From an uncultured Gammaproteobacteria bacterium (GTDB lineage: Bacteria; Patescibacteriota; Microgenomatia; UBA8517), in contig CAZOUV010000003.1 in assembly GCA_964583105.1 (NCBI GenBank), positions 14,946 to 78,945 of the forward strand: a stretch of DNA of 64,000 bases, given 5' to 3'. Below the pieces are notes generated by a model that was not told the DNA's origin, ran no database searches, and saw nothing but the letters and a program-made list of their open reading frames with translations. Both the position numbers and the translations under genes were made by a program. This document shows, piece after piece, positions 18,698 to 27,986 of this stretch (position 1 is the stretch's first letter; every line of letters starts with the position of its first letter).

Positions 18698-18936
18698 TGC
18701 AAACACAGACTGTTTTTAGGGCCGGCAACAGCAAAGTAATGTCTCTTCCAGATGAATTAGGATTTAATTTTGGTGACAAAATTGTGGTAAATAGGGGACT
18801 TAAAAGGGGAACGGCGTTTATTAGTAAGGTTGGAACTGGTGTCTCCGTTTCTTCTGTAACTCCCGAATTTATCAGCATTCTTAATGGTATCAACAAAAGG
18901 TATGGCAAAGTACTTTCTGAACTTGCCAAAAGATAA
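18697..18936 (+). CDS. AbrB/MazE/SpoVT-type antitoxin
   Basis: 79 aa with 'VFRAGNSKVMSLPDEL'. It lies 4 nt upstream of the doc toxin. Confidence 0.7.
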   Translation: MQTQTVFRAGNSKVMSLPDELGFNFGDKIVVNRGLKRGTAFISKVGTGVSVSSVTPEFISILNGINKRYGKVLSELAKR

Positions 18937-18940
18937 ATAA

Positions 18941-19333
18941 GTGATTAATACAGTTTTTCTAACCTTCGAACAAATTTTGGCAATTCATGATAGTCAGATC
19001 GAAATGTATGGTGGCAGTCATGGTATAAGAGAACTTTCCCTTCTTGAATCAGCAGTTATGCGTCCCCAAACAACTTTTGCGGGACGAGATCTTTATTCTT
19101 CCTTATTTGAAAAAACGGCCGTTTTGACATACTCATTGATTATAAATCATCCCTTTGTTGACGGAAACAAAAGAACGGGGATAGTTGCTGCACTTATATT
19201 TACTGAGATCAATGGTTTCAAAATAGTCTGCAGTGACAAAGAATTGTTATCATTATCTTTACGCGTAGTATCAAAAAAGATTAATTTACAGAATTTGGCG
19301 GATTGGTTTAAAAAACATTCAAAAAAAATCTAA
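18941..19333 (+). CDS. doc: death-on-curing (Doc/Fic-fold) toxin
   Basis: 130 aa with 'GIRELSLLESAVMRPQ' and 'HPFVDGNKRTG' (Doc motif). Confidence 0.85.
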   Translation: MINTVFLTFEQILAIHDSQIEMYGGSHGIRELSLLESAVMRPQTTFAGRDLYSSLFEKTAVLTYSLIINHPFVDGNKRTGIVAALIFTEINGFKIVCSDKELLSLSLRVVSKKINLQNLADWFKKHSKKI

Positions 19334-19983
19334 TCAGTTGTGGGTGTTGCTACATCTTTTGTTTCTACAAAATTAAAAGTCGAAAGGATTTGATCAAAAA
19401 TTTGCAGTTCTGAAGATTCAGTCACTGTTGTTTCCATTTTGATTGCAGCTTCGTTATATTTAAAAAGTGCAGTTGTAACTTGCTGTCCTTGACCATATCC
19501 CGGCCCCAGTTCTCCCGATATTTTAATTCCGTTTTCAAATTCTTCCTTTTTAACTTTTATGAGATTTTCTTCTGTTATTTCAATAGCTTGATCATAATTT
19601 TTGTAGCTTCCTGCAAGCCTCGCGTCTATTGAGACAAAAACACTTGAAGGGTTTTCAAAATCCGTCAGTAAAACAAAATAATCTTTTTCTCTTTCATCTA
19701 AAAAAAGGTTTGGAGGATAACTGAAACTGAATAGTTTTGAGTTAGATATCTTCCAGTCAGAAATTGGGTTTGTGGATGGGGAAGGAATTGGGGTTAATTG
19801 TGTTTGGTTTTGCGAAATTTGTTTGGAAAGTTTCTGAATCTGGACGTAAAAAAGACTGGCAATGGCAACCGAAACCATAAGAAGGATGGACATAATAATT
19901 ATCAAAGAACCTTTAGAATATCTGTTTGACGTAGTAATAGACGCAATTTTTATTTTCGATTGCTCTCCGATTTGAGATTCCAT
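19330..19983 (-). CDS. hypothetical membrane-anchored secreted protein (paralogue of 10708..11985)
   Basis: 217 aa with a TM ('LIIIMSILLMVSVAIASLF'), 'DWKISNSKLFSFSYPPNLF' and 'IFDQILSTFNF'. Confidence 0.55.
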   Translation of the reverse strand: MESQIGEQSKIKIASITTSNRYSKGSLIIIMSILLMVSVAIASLFYVQIQKLSKQISQNQTQLTPIPSPSTNPISDWKISNSKLFSFSYPPNLFLDEREKDYFVLLTDFENPSSVFVSIDARLAGSYKNYDQAIEITEENLIKVKKEEFENGIKISGELGPGYGQGQQVTTALFKYNEAAIKMETTVTESSELQIFDQILSTFNFVETKDVATPTTD

Positions 19984-20013
19984 AAGCCTATTGTATCATG
20001 ATAGAATTTATGT

Positions 20014-20985
20014 ATGAAAGAAACTGCCCAAAATTTAGCGACTTCACCAAAGGGTATTTTGGCTGCCGATGAGAGCACCAAAACAATAACAAAAAGATTC
20101 GAATCAATAGGTTTAATTTCAAACCCCGATCTTAATAAAAAATACAGAGAAATGCTTTTTACTACTCCCAAGATAGAGCAATTTATAAGTGGAGTAATTT
20201 TATATGATGAGACAATAAAACAAGGACTTGGAAAGATATTACAAAATAAAGGAATTGTTGTGGGAATTAAAGTTGACGAGGGTTTGGAACCTTTTAATGA
20301 AAGTGAAGAACAAACAACAAAAGGCTTAACGGGTTTAGAAGAAAGACTAGAAAAGTATTTGGGTATGGGAGCAAAATTTACCAAATGGAGGGGAGTATTT
20401 AAGATTTCAGATATTTATCCTTCTGATATCTTTTTAGAAGAAAATCTTAAAAGAATGGTTGAATATGCAAAAGTTTCTCAATCTGCGGGTCTTGTTCCAA
20501 TAGTTGAACCAGAAATACTTCTTGATGGAAACCACACAACAACAAGATGTGAGGAAATTGAAACAAAGGTGTTAAAACTTCTCTTTAATAGACTAATTTC
20601 CGAAAAAGTTGATTTAACCTCACTTTTGTTAAAAACAAGCATGATACTTCCCGGAAAAAATAGTGGTGTTAAGGCCGAACCTCTTGAAGTTGCCAAAGCT
20701 ACAGTAAGGACTCTTAAAAACTCTGTTCCCTCCGAAATTGCGGGAATTGTTTTTCTTTCCGGTGGACAATCTCCAGATGATGCAACTAATAATTTAAATG
20801 AAATTGAAAATAATTTGGACGGAATTACTTTCCCTGCTTCTTTCTCTTTTGCTAGAGCTCTTCAGGAAGAAGCATTAAATATTTGGAAGGGTAAAGATGA
20901 AAATATTAAAGAAGCACAGCAAGTATTTTACGATAGGGCAAGACTTGTTTCTCTTGCCAGGGAAGGAAAATTAAAAAATGGATGA
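20014..20985 (+). CDS. fba: fructose-bisphosphate aldolase, class I
   Basis: 'KGILAADESTKTITKRF' and 'VPIVEPEIL'. Confidence 0.9.
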   Translation: MKETAQNLATSPKGILAADESTKTITKRFESIGLISNPDLNKKYREMLFTTPKIEQFISGVILYDETIKQGLGKILQNKGIVVGIKVDEGLEPFNESEEQTTKGLTGLEERLEKYLGMGAKFTKWRGVFKISDIYPSDIFLEENLKRMVEYAKVSQSAGLVPIVEPEILLDGNHTTTRCEEIETKVLKLLFNRLISEKVDLTSLLLKTSMILPGKNSGVKAEPLEVAKATVRTLKNSVPSEIAGIVFLSGGQSPDDATNNLNEIENNLDGITFPASFSFARALQEEALNIWKGKDENIKEAQQVFYDRARLVSLAREGKLKNG

Positions 20986-21979
20986 AAATATAAATACATT
21001 TGATTTGCTAACTATTGGGGATGCAACCGTAGATGTATTTATGACTCCCTTAGAGACGGAAACGGTTTGTACGCTTGATAAAAAGGAATGTAAAATTTGT
21101 TTTTCCTACGGAGATAAAATTCCGGTAAGGGATTTGGAATTTACAATAGGGGGAAATGCCGCCAATAATGCGGTAGGAACATCAAGATTAGGACTTAAAG
21201 ACGCAATCGTTTTGACTTTGGGTGGAGATACTGTGGGAGATCTGATAATCGAAAGACTTATCAAAGAAAAAGTTGATACAGCATATGTTTCCAGACAACT
21301 CGCAACATCATCAAATTATTCAACAATTGTTAATTATTCCGGAGAAAGAACAATTTTTACATACCATGCCCCTAGAAGTTATGAGTTTCCCGTTTCTCTT
21401 CCCAAAACCCCATGGATATATTTAACCAGTATGGGTGAGACCTTTAAGCCTTTTTACAATCATTTTTTGGACTGGTTCAGGAAAAACCCCGGTATAAAAC
21501 TGGCTTTCAATCCTGGTACCTGGCAGATGAAAGGTGGTCTTGAGAGCATAAAAGACGTTCTTTCATTAAGTTATATTTTATATGTCAATAGAGAAGAAGC
21601 CGAAAAGTTAACTAATTTTCCAGATTCTCACGGAAAGGAAAGAGAGCTATTAACCATGGTCTCAAAACTCGGACCTAAAATATCGATTGTAACCGACGGA
21701 CCCGAAGGATCCTTGGCATATGATGGACAAAAGTTTATCAAATGCGGAATATATCCACAGGAAGTAACCGAAAGAACCGGAGCTGGAGACTCTTTTGGAA
21801 GCGGAATGGTTGCAGCACTTATTAAAGGAAAAACTCTAGATGAGGCACTTATTTGGGGAACAATAAATTCAGCGTCCGTCGTTTCTTTTGTCGGGGCACA
21901 AAAAGGACTTTTGAAAGAAACTGAAATGCGGGAGTGGCTTGAAAGAGGTAAAGATCAGGTTAAAGTTTCAGAATTTTAA
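20978..21979 (+). CDS. PfkB-family carbohydrate kinase
   Basis: 'GGNAANNAVG' and 'TGAGDSFGSG'. Confidence 0.8.
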   Translation: MDENINTFDLLTIGDATVDVFMTPLETETVCTLDKKECKICFSYGDKIPVRDLEFTIGGNAANNAVGTSRLGLKDAIVLTLGGDTVGDLIIERLIKEKVDTAYVSRQLATSSNYSTIVNYSGERTIFTYHAPRSYEFPVSLPKTPWIYLTSMGETFKPFYNHFLDWFRKNPGIKLAFNPGTWQMKGGLESIKDVLSLSYILYVNREEAEKLTNFPDSHGKERELLTMVSKLGPKISIVTDGPEGSLAYDGQKFIKCGIYPQEVTERTGAGDSFGSGMVAALIKGKTLDEALIWGTINSASVVSFVGAQKGLLKETEMREWLERGKDQVKVSEF

Positions 21980-21983
21980 CATT

Positions 21984-22970
21984 ATGAAAGTATTTGTAAC
22001 CAGAAAAATTCCAGGGGATCATTTAGACAAATTTATTGCTGCGGGGTATGACTGCGATATTTCAATATTTGCCAGACCACTTCTACCTGAAGAATTGATA
22101 CAAAAAGTAAAAGGAGTTGATGCAATAATTTCTCTCCTTAATGACAAAATTGATGGAGAAATTATGGATATTGCAGGATCAAATTTAAAAATTATTTCCA
22201 ACTATGCGGTGGGGTTTGATAATATCGAAGTTAGAGAAGCAACCGATCGAGGCATTGTTGTCACCAATACTTCCAATACTCAGGTTGATGAATCCGTGGC
22301 GGAACATACGTGGGCTTTAATATTATGCCTTGCAAGAAGAATAATTGAGGCAGATGAAGCTACCCGCAGGGGAACTTTTAAGGGTTGGGAACCGGATATT
22401 TTTTTGGGGGTAAACTTGGTGGGTAAAACTCTCGGAATAATAGGTTTGGGGAAGATCGGATCTTTTGTTGCTAAAAGGGCCAGGGGGTATGGCATGAATG
22501 TTTTATATAACAAACACAGTCCCGATATGGAAGCCGAGAAAGAACTTGGTATTAAATTTGCTTCTCTTGATGAATTATTAAGTAGCAGCGATTTCGTAAC
22601 CCTCCACGTTCCTTTAACGGAAGAGACGAGACATATGATTAATACGGCGACAATTTCCAAAATGAAAAAAGGATCCTACCTTATTAATACCGCAAGAGGC
22701 GCAATTGTTGAAGAAAGAGCCTTAGTTGACCTTCTAAGAAGCGGACACTTAGGGGGAGCGGCACTTGACGTCTTTGAAAATGAACCCGATATTCATCCGG
22801 AACTAATTAATATGCAAAATGTAATTACCACCCCCCATATAGCATCCGCAACCTATGAGGCTAGAGACATGATGAGTAAGCAAGCAGTGGAAGCTATTTT
22901 AGACTCTCTTTCCGGCAAAAAACCTCAAAATATAATTAATCCCGAGGTTTGGGAGAAAAGAAGAACATGA
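21984..22970 (+). CDS. D-isomer-specific 2-hydroxyacid dehydrogenase (glyoxylate/hydroxypyruvate reductase-like)
   Basis: 'GIIGLGKIGSFVA', 'NTARGAIV' and 'LDVFENEP'. I chose the internal ATG 21984. Confidence 0.85.
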   Translation: MKVFVTRKIPGDHLDKFIAAGYDCDISIFARPLLPEELIQKVKGVDAIISLLNDKIDGEIMDIAGSNLKIISNYAVGFDNIEVREATDRGIVVTNTSNTQVDESVAEHTWALILCLARRIIEADEATRRGTFKGWEPDIFLGVNLVGKTLGIIGLGKIGSFVAKRARGYGMNVLYNKHSPDMEAEKELGIKFASLDELLSSSDFVTLHVPLTEETRHMINTATISKMKKGSYLINTARGAIVEERALVDLLRSGHLGGAALDVFENEPDIHPELINMQNVITTPHIASATYEARDMMSKQAVEAILDSLSGKKPQNIINPEVWEKRRT

Positions 22971-23899
22971 GAATATTTGGCAGAAAAAAAGAGGAAGAAG
23001 AACCCGTCTCCAATAAAGACACGAAATCTAAACTTAAAGATTTGAAGCCGGAAAACAAAAAAAAGAGAAAAGAACCTGAAAAACCCTGGGGAAAAAAGGA
23101 AAGATTACTTATTCTTTTTCTGCTTCTAATTTCAGTTTTAATTTCCATTCTTTTTTCTTTCTCATCCGGAAATTTTAAAATTCCAAAATTCCCGGATTTT
23201 AGTTTGGATAATATTTTTAAAGGAGAAACCGTAGTTATCGGAAACAAAGAGGCGGCCGAAAGGATATTAAGTGAAAACAAGGCAAATGAAATAATTAAGG
23301 AATTTGAAGATCTGACAGATGACCTAGAAGGAATATATGCTTTTGAAGTGATCGATCTATCAAGTGGATTCAAATTTGGAATAAATCAAAACGAAATAAT
23401 GCAGGCAGCTTCTTTAATAAAACTTCCACTAATGCTTTATTCTCAAGGAAAAATTGATAATTCCAAGATAGAGCTGATGGGTAAAAGAAGTGATAACACT
23501 GTTTTTAATGAGCTTGTAACCAAGTTTGGTAAAACTGTGATTCAGGATTACATTGCTAGCTTGGATATGAAAGAAACATCCTTGGAAGAAAACACAACAA
23601 CAGCCAACGAGATAGCAGATTTGTTTCTAAAAATTTACAAAGAAGATAATCAAAAAATTCTGGATTATCTTACTGATACAATTTTCGAAAAATGGATCAG
23701 AGCAGGAATCCCCCAAGATATTAAAGTTTCCCATAAATACGGTAGGGAAACGGGGGTTGTAAACGATGCGGGAATTGTCTATTCCCAAAAACCTTTTGTT
23801 TTGGTTATTTTGAGTCAGAATGCTGATGTTATCGAGGCAGATAAAATTATACCCGAGCTTACGGAAATGATATACTTAAAACATGAGGATCTTTTTTAA
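22967..23899 (+). CDS. class A beta-lactamase-like serine hydrolase, membrane anchored
   Basis: 'AASLIKLP' (SxxK), 'SDN' and 'HKYGRETG' (KTG-like). The ATG overlaps the previous stop (ATGA). Confidence 0.6.
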   Translation: MRIFGRKKEEEEPVSNKDTKSKLKDLKPENKKKRKEPEKPWGKKERLLILFLLLISVLISILFSFSSGNFKIPKFPDFSLDNIFKGETVVIGNKEAAERILSENKANEIIKEFEDLTDDLEGIYAFEVIDLSSGFKFGINQNEIMQAASLIKLPLMLYSQGKIDNSKIELMGKRSDNTVFNELVTKFGKTVIQDYIASLDMKETSLEENTTTANEIADLFLKIYKEDNQKILDYLTDTIFEKWIRAGIPQDIKVSHKYGRETGVVNDAGIVYSQKPFVLVILSQNADVIEADKIIPELTEMIYLKHEDLF

Positions 23900-24791
23900 G
23901 GCAATTTTAAGAAAACCAAAAACATTTGCAAGAACTTATTGGAAAAGCTTAACCAATCCTTCTTACTACAAAGACATTAAAGAAGCAAAGCTTTCTTTTT
24001 CAATAAAATATCTCTTTTTCCTATTTTTAATCGTCTCGTTTATTGTCGGACTTGGAATATCGTTAAGAATATTAGGTTTTATTTCCCAATCTCCGAAATT
24101 TGTTGGAGACACGAAAAATTTTGTTATTGAAACATATCCGGATGAACTCAAATTAACCCTGAAAGAAAATAAGATTACAACCAATGTTAAAGAACCTTAT
24201 TTTATAGACTTGAAGGAAGATAAAAAAACTTCAATTCAACCATTTGATCATCTAATAACTATTAATACCAAAGGTAAAGCGGAAGATATAAAAGAATATG
24301 ATTCTTTGTTTCTTATAACTGCAGATAATTTAATTGTCTCTGAAGGAAGTCCAAGCGCAAGTTATAGGGTTGTCCCGCTTAATGAAGCTCTCTCAAAAAT
24401 TCCCAATGGTATAAGTATGGATAAAACTCTTTTTACATCGGTTTTAGAAAGTTTTACCCCCTACCTTATAAAGTTTTTACCCAGAATAATCGTTGCAATA
24501 TCACTGCTAGTTCTTATCCTCTATCCTTTTTTGAGAGGAACTTTCGGTTTTATCTTTCAGGTTATTTTCCTCCTTCCAATATCGCTGCTTTTGTTTATTC
24601 TGGTTAAGATATTAAAGAAAAATCTTTCCTTTGCTAAAACCTATCAGATGTCCCTGCATGGGGCTACAATTCCGGTTACTTTATCTTTCATTTTTACTTT
24701 TCCTTCGCTTTATCCGCTTATAACAATTGTTTCCTGGTTGGTATTTTTTGTCTTTATGTTTTTGGTTATATCCAAACTCGACAAATCTTAA
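23883..24791 (+). CDS. DUF1189-like polytopic membrane protein
   Basis: 302 aa. The N-terminal 'FFKAILRKPKTFARTYWKS' followed by TMs fits the family; the assignment is tentative. Confidence 0.45.
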   Translation: MRIFFKAILRKPKTFARTYWKSLTNPSYYKDIKEAKLSFSIKYLFFLFLIVSFIVGLGISLRILGFISQSPKFVGDTKNFVIETYPDELKLTLKENKITTNVKEPYFIDLKEDKKTSIQPFDHLITINTKGKAEDIKEYDSLFLITADNLIVSEGSPSASYRVVPLNEALSKIPNGISMDKTLFTSVLESFTPYLIKFLPRIIVAISLLVLILYPFLRGTFGFIFQVIFLLPISLLLFILVKILKKNLSFAKTYQMSLHGATIPVTLSFIFTFPSLYPLITIVSWLVFFVFMFLVISKLDKS

Positions 24792-24795
24792 AAGT

Positions 24796-27078
24796 TTAAG
24801 GGAGATTTACTTCAATCATTGCTCCAGTATCAAGTATTTGGGATTGACCATCTGGATGTGGAGTTGGGGAAGGAATCGGCAAACATGCAGGAACATTTTC
24901 TTTTAAGAAGTATTCGGTTTTTCCATAGCAATTTTTAACAACAAGTCCGTTAGGAATTTCCCAATTTTGGCTTGGAGTATTTCCGAGAAGATTGGTCATT
25001 ATTTTGTTCCAAATAGGGGAAGCTCCGGTTACCCCGGAGGCAATCCTGGACATTGGAGACGAGTCGTTATTTCCAACCCAGACCGCAACCAAATAATTCT
25101 GATTGAAGCCGATTGTAAGATTGTCTTTAAGATCATTACTGGTTCCGGTTTTTACGGCAACTTCAGGATGATTTGTTATAACCAAATAAGATCTGGTTCC
25201 AAATTCGGGAGATCTTGCATTATTGTCTTTAAGGATGTCTATCAGCTGATATGCAACCTCTGGGTTTATGACTTCCTCAAAATCATGATTTTTGTTTTTT
25301 TCTAATATTTTCCCTCTGTAATTTTTAATTTCGGAAATTGCAGACAGCTCCGGTTTCTTACCCATATTGGCAAGAGTTGCAAAGGTTTGGGCAAGTTCGA
25401 TAAGTTTGACATCTCCACCTCCAAGCGTAAGAGAAAGGCCATATTTCGATGGATCCTGCCATGAAGTAATTCCCATCAGCCTTCCCTGTTCAAGCATTTT
25501 AGTAACACCGTAGGAGGCCAAAACTTTAACTGCAGGAACATTTCGCGATTGGGCCAAAGCGTTTCTTAAGGTTATTTTTCCATGGTACTCTCCGTCATAA
25601 TTTTTAGGTATGTAGGCGGGAAGCCCTGCTACTTTAAATACCGTAGGTGAGTCGTCAAGAATTGATGCCGGGGTAAATCCATGCGATAGAGCGTAGGAAT
25701 AATTTACAATTTTTATGGATGATCCGGGTTGTCTTAACCTTAAAGTTACATTTACATTTCCTCCTTGACTGTCGAAATAATCTTTGGACCCGACCATTCC
25801 CAGAATCTCTCCTGTTTGAGGGTTAATTATTAATGCCGCACCATTTCCTACTTTAAGGTTTTTGAGCCTATCTACTTCTTCCTTGACTATTTGCTGAGCC
25901 ATTTCCTGAATTTCATAGTCGAGGGTAGTTGTTACTTCCAAGCCCCCCTTTTCAACTAGATCCTCACCATATTTATCTACCAGAATTTGTCTGACGAACA
26001 TAACGAAATGTGGAGCTTTAATGTTTTTATTTCCGGGAACAATTTTAATTTCCTCGTTTTTTGCTTCTTCTTCCTGCTCAACTGTTATAAATTTATTTAT
26101 TCTCATAAGATTTAAGACATCATCCCTTCTTTGGATCGCAAGTTCAGGACTACCCCCAAAAGGAGAATATTTGGAAGGACTTTTGGTAAGTCCGGCAAGA
26201 TATGCGGCTTCAGATAAAGTTAAATTATGAAGATTTTTGTTAAAATACTCTTCTGCTCCTTCCTTGATGCCATATGCGGTTCCTCCGTAGGAAACTTCAT
26301 TTAGATACATTTCAAGAATCTGATCTTTTGTATACATTCGTTCAGTTTGCATAGCAAGAATAATTTCTTTTACTTTTCTTATTATGGTTTTTTCGGAAGA
26401 TAATAGTGCGTTTTTAACAAGCTGTTGGGTTATGGTAGAGCCACCCGATAATTCATCGGTTTTAATATTCCTGACAACTGCCCTGACAATGCCTCTAATG
26501 GAATAGCCTGAATGTGAATAAAATTCCGCATCTTCGGCAGCCAGGGTTGCAAGTCTGACATGAAGTGGGATTTCGTTTAAAGTTGCGGGAGTTCTATTTT
26601 GGTCCTTAAATATTTTATATAAAAGTACTCCATTTCTATCGTAAATTTTTGTAGATACCTCCAGTGGTCTTGAAACAAGATTCTTGGGGGAGGGAAGGCC
26701 CTTAAATATTGTTATGTAGAAAAAAAAGAAGATACAAATCAGGCAAAATAATCCAATTATTATTTTAGGTTTAAGTTTTAAGGTAGGAAATTTGATTCTA
26801 AAAGAGGGTAATTTAAATTTTGGAAATTTGAATTTGGGCAATCTAATTTTTGGAAATTTGATTTTACCTTTGGGAGCTTTGTAAACAACCTTTTTAAATT
26901 TTCGAAGTTTGAATTTGGGAAAGGTTATTTTTTTAATTTTTATTTTAAATTTTGAAAGACTAAAAAGTATATTTACAACAAAAGAAAAAAGACCCAAAAC
27001 AGAAATAGCCACAAAAGAAAGACTCCAATATAACGGGCGGCCAATTAAAAAAAGCACTTTTTTTACTGCCTTGAGCAT
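24796..27078 (-). CDS. penicillin-binding protein 1A (bifunctional transglycosylase/transpeptidase)
   Basis: 'EDAEFYSHSGY', 'GGSTITQQLVKN', 'PGSSIK', 'SRN' and 'KTGTSND'. I prefer the start at ATG 27078 (MLKAVKK). Confidence 0.9.
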   Translation of the reverse strand: MLKAVKKVLFLIGRPLYWSLSFVAISVLGLFSFVVNILFSLSKFKIKIKKITFPKFKLRKFKKVVYKAPKGKIKFPKIRLPKFKFPKFKLPSFRIKFPTLKLKPKIIIGLFCLICIFFFFYITIFKGLPSPKNLVSRPLEVSTKIYDRNGVLLYKIFKDQNRTPATLNEIPLHVRLATLAAEDAEFYSHSGYSIRGIVRAVVRNIKTDELSGGSTITQQLVKNALLSSEKTIIRKVKEIILAMQTERMYTKDQILEMYLNEVSYGGTAYGIKEGAEEYFNKNLHNLTLSEAAYLAGLTKSPSKYSPFGGSPELAIQRRDDVLNLMRINKFITVEQEEEAKNEEIKIVPGNKNIKAPHFVMFVRQILVDKYGEDLVEKGGLEVTTTLDYEIQEMAQQIVKEEVDRLKNLKVGNGAALIINPQTGEILGMVGSKDYFDSQGGNVNVTLRLRQPGSSIKIVNYSYALSHGFTPASILDDSPTVFKVAGLPAYIPKNYDGEYHGKITLRNALAQSRNVPAVKVLASYGVTKMLEQGRLMGITSWQDPSKYGLSLTLGGGDVKLIELAQTFATLANMGKKPELSAISEIKNYRGKILEKNKNHDFEEVINPEVAYQLIDILKDNNARSPEFGTRSYLVITNHPEVAVKTGTSNDLKDNLTIGFNQNYLVAVWVGNNDSSPMSRIASGVTGASPIWNKIMTNLLGNTPSQNWEIPNGLVVKNCYGKTEYFLKENVPACLPIPSPTPHPDGQSQILDTGAMIEVNLP

Positions 27079-27169
27079 GTGGCGGTATTGTAGCACTTTA
27101 CGGCTAATAAAAAAGAAATTAATCAAGTGAATCTTGACATGCAAACGATGTACATATAAGATATGTACA

Positions 27170-27475
27170 ATGAAGATCAGGGGTAAGATAGTTGGCTTTG
27201 AATGGGATAAGGGAAATTTAGATAAAAGTTACAAGAAACATGGAATTGAGCCAAAGCAGACAGAAGAAGTATTTATTGACAGCGAATCGATTGTTTTACC
27301 GGATGTTAGACACTCTCAAAAAGAGGATAGATTTATTATTATTGGCAGGACATTGGAAAAAAAACATCTTTTCATAATCTTTACGTTCAGGGGAAGCAAT
27401 GTCCGAGTAATTTCAGCAAGAAGAATGCACAAAAAGGAGGTGGAAAGATATGAAAAACTTAAAAAGAATACCTAA
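27170..27475 (+). CDS. brnT: BrnT (DUF497) ribonuclease toxin
   Basis: 'FEWDKGNLDKSYKKHGI' and 'RVISARRMHKKE'. Confidence 0.8.
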   Translation: MKIRGKIVGFEWDKGNLDKSYKKHGIEPKQTEEVFIDSESIVLPDVRHSQKEDRFIIIGRTLEKKHLFIIFTFRGSNVRVISARRMHKKEVERYEKLKKNT

Positions 27476-27710
27476 ATTTAAAACCGAAGAGGAAGAAAGG
27501 AAATTCTGGCAAAAAGCCGACTCTACTGAATATGTAGATTGGTCAAAAGCGGAGAAATGGGTATTTCCTGACCTAAAACTAACATCCACACCGATAACCA
27601 TAAGAATTCCAGAATCTCTGCTTAGCAGAGTAAAAACTAAAGCCCACCAGAGAGATATTCCGTACCAATCTTTGATAAAACAATATATTTATAGGGGTTT
27701 GGAGGTTTAA
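27450..27710 (+). CDS. brnA: BrnA (CopG/RHH) antitoxin
   Basis: 'IPKFKTEEEERKFWQKADSTEYVD' and 'ITIRIPESLLSRVKTKA'. It overlaps brnT. Confidence 0.8.
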   Translation: MKNLKRIPKFKTEEEERKFWQKADSTEYVDWSKAEKWVFPDLKLTSTPITIRIPESLLSRVKTKAHQRDIPYQSLIKQYIYRGLEV

Positions 27711-27946
27711 TTAATCTTTTCAAATTCGAGTTTTGAGATGCACTTGTCGTAGTCCGAGCTGGTCTGGGTTCCATTTCCTTTATTACAGCCTCTAGTTAAA
27801 ATTTCCTGTTTCGGTGCACATTCCCTGCTGTAGATTTCATTAACAACTGAGCCATTTTCCGAAATCTGTGTAACAGAAATCTTAATAATAGGAGGTTCGG
27901 CTAATCTTCCTGCTTTTCTGCAATTTGAACACTTTTTTTCTTGCAT
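27707..27946 (-). CDS. hypothetical Cys-rich small protein
   Basis: 79 aa with 6 Cys ('CSNC', 'ECAP', 'GCNKG', 'KC'). A promoter-like TTGACA-19-TAGACT lies 7 nt before the ATG. Confidence 0.4.
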   Translation of the reverse strand: MQEKKCSNCRKAGRLAEPPIIKISVTQISENGSVVNEIYSRECAPKQEILTRGCNKGNGTQTSSDYDKCISKLEFEKIN

Positions 27947-27963
27947 ACCCCGTAGTCTAGGCA

Positions 27964-27976
27964 GTGTGTGTGTGTG
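27964..27976. repeat. (GT/CA)6 dinucleotide repeat
   Basis: 'gtgtgtgtgtgtg' sits inside the spacer between the putative -35 and -10 of the small Cys-rich ORF. Confidence 0.9.
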
Positions 27977-27986
27977 AATGTCAAGA

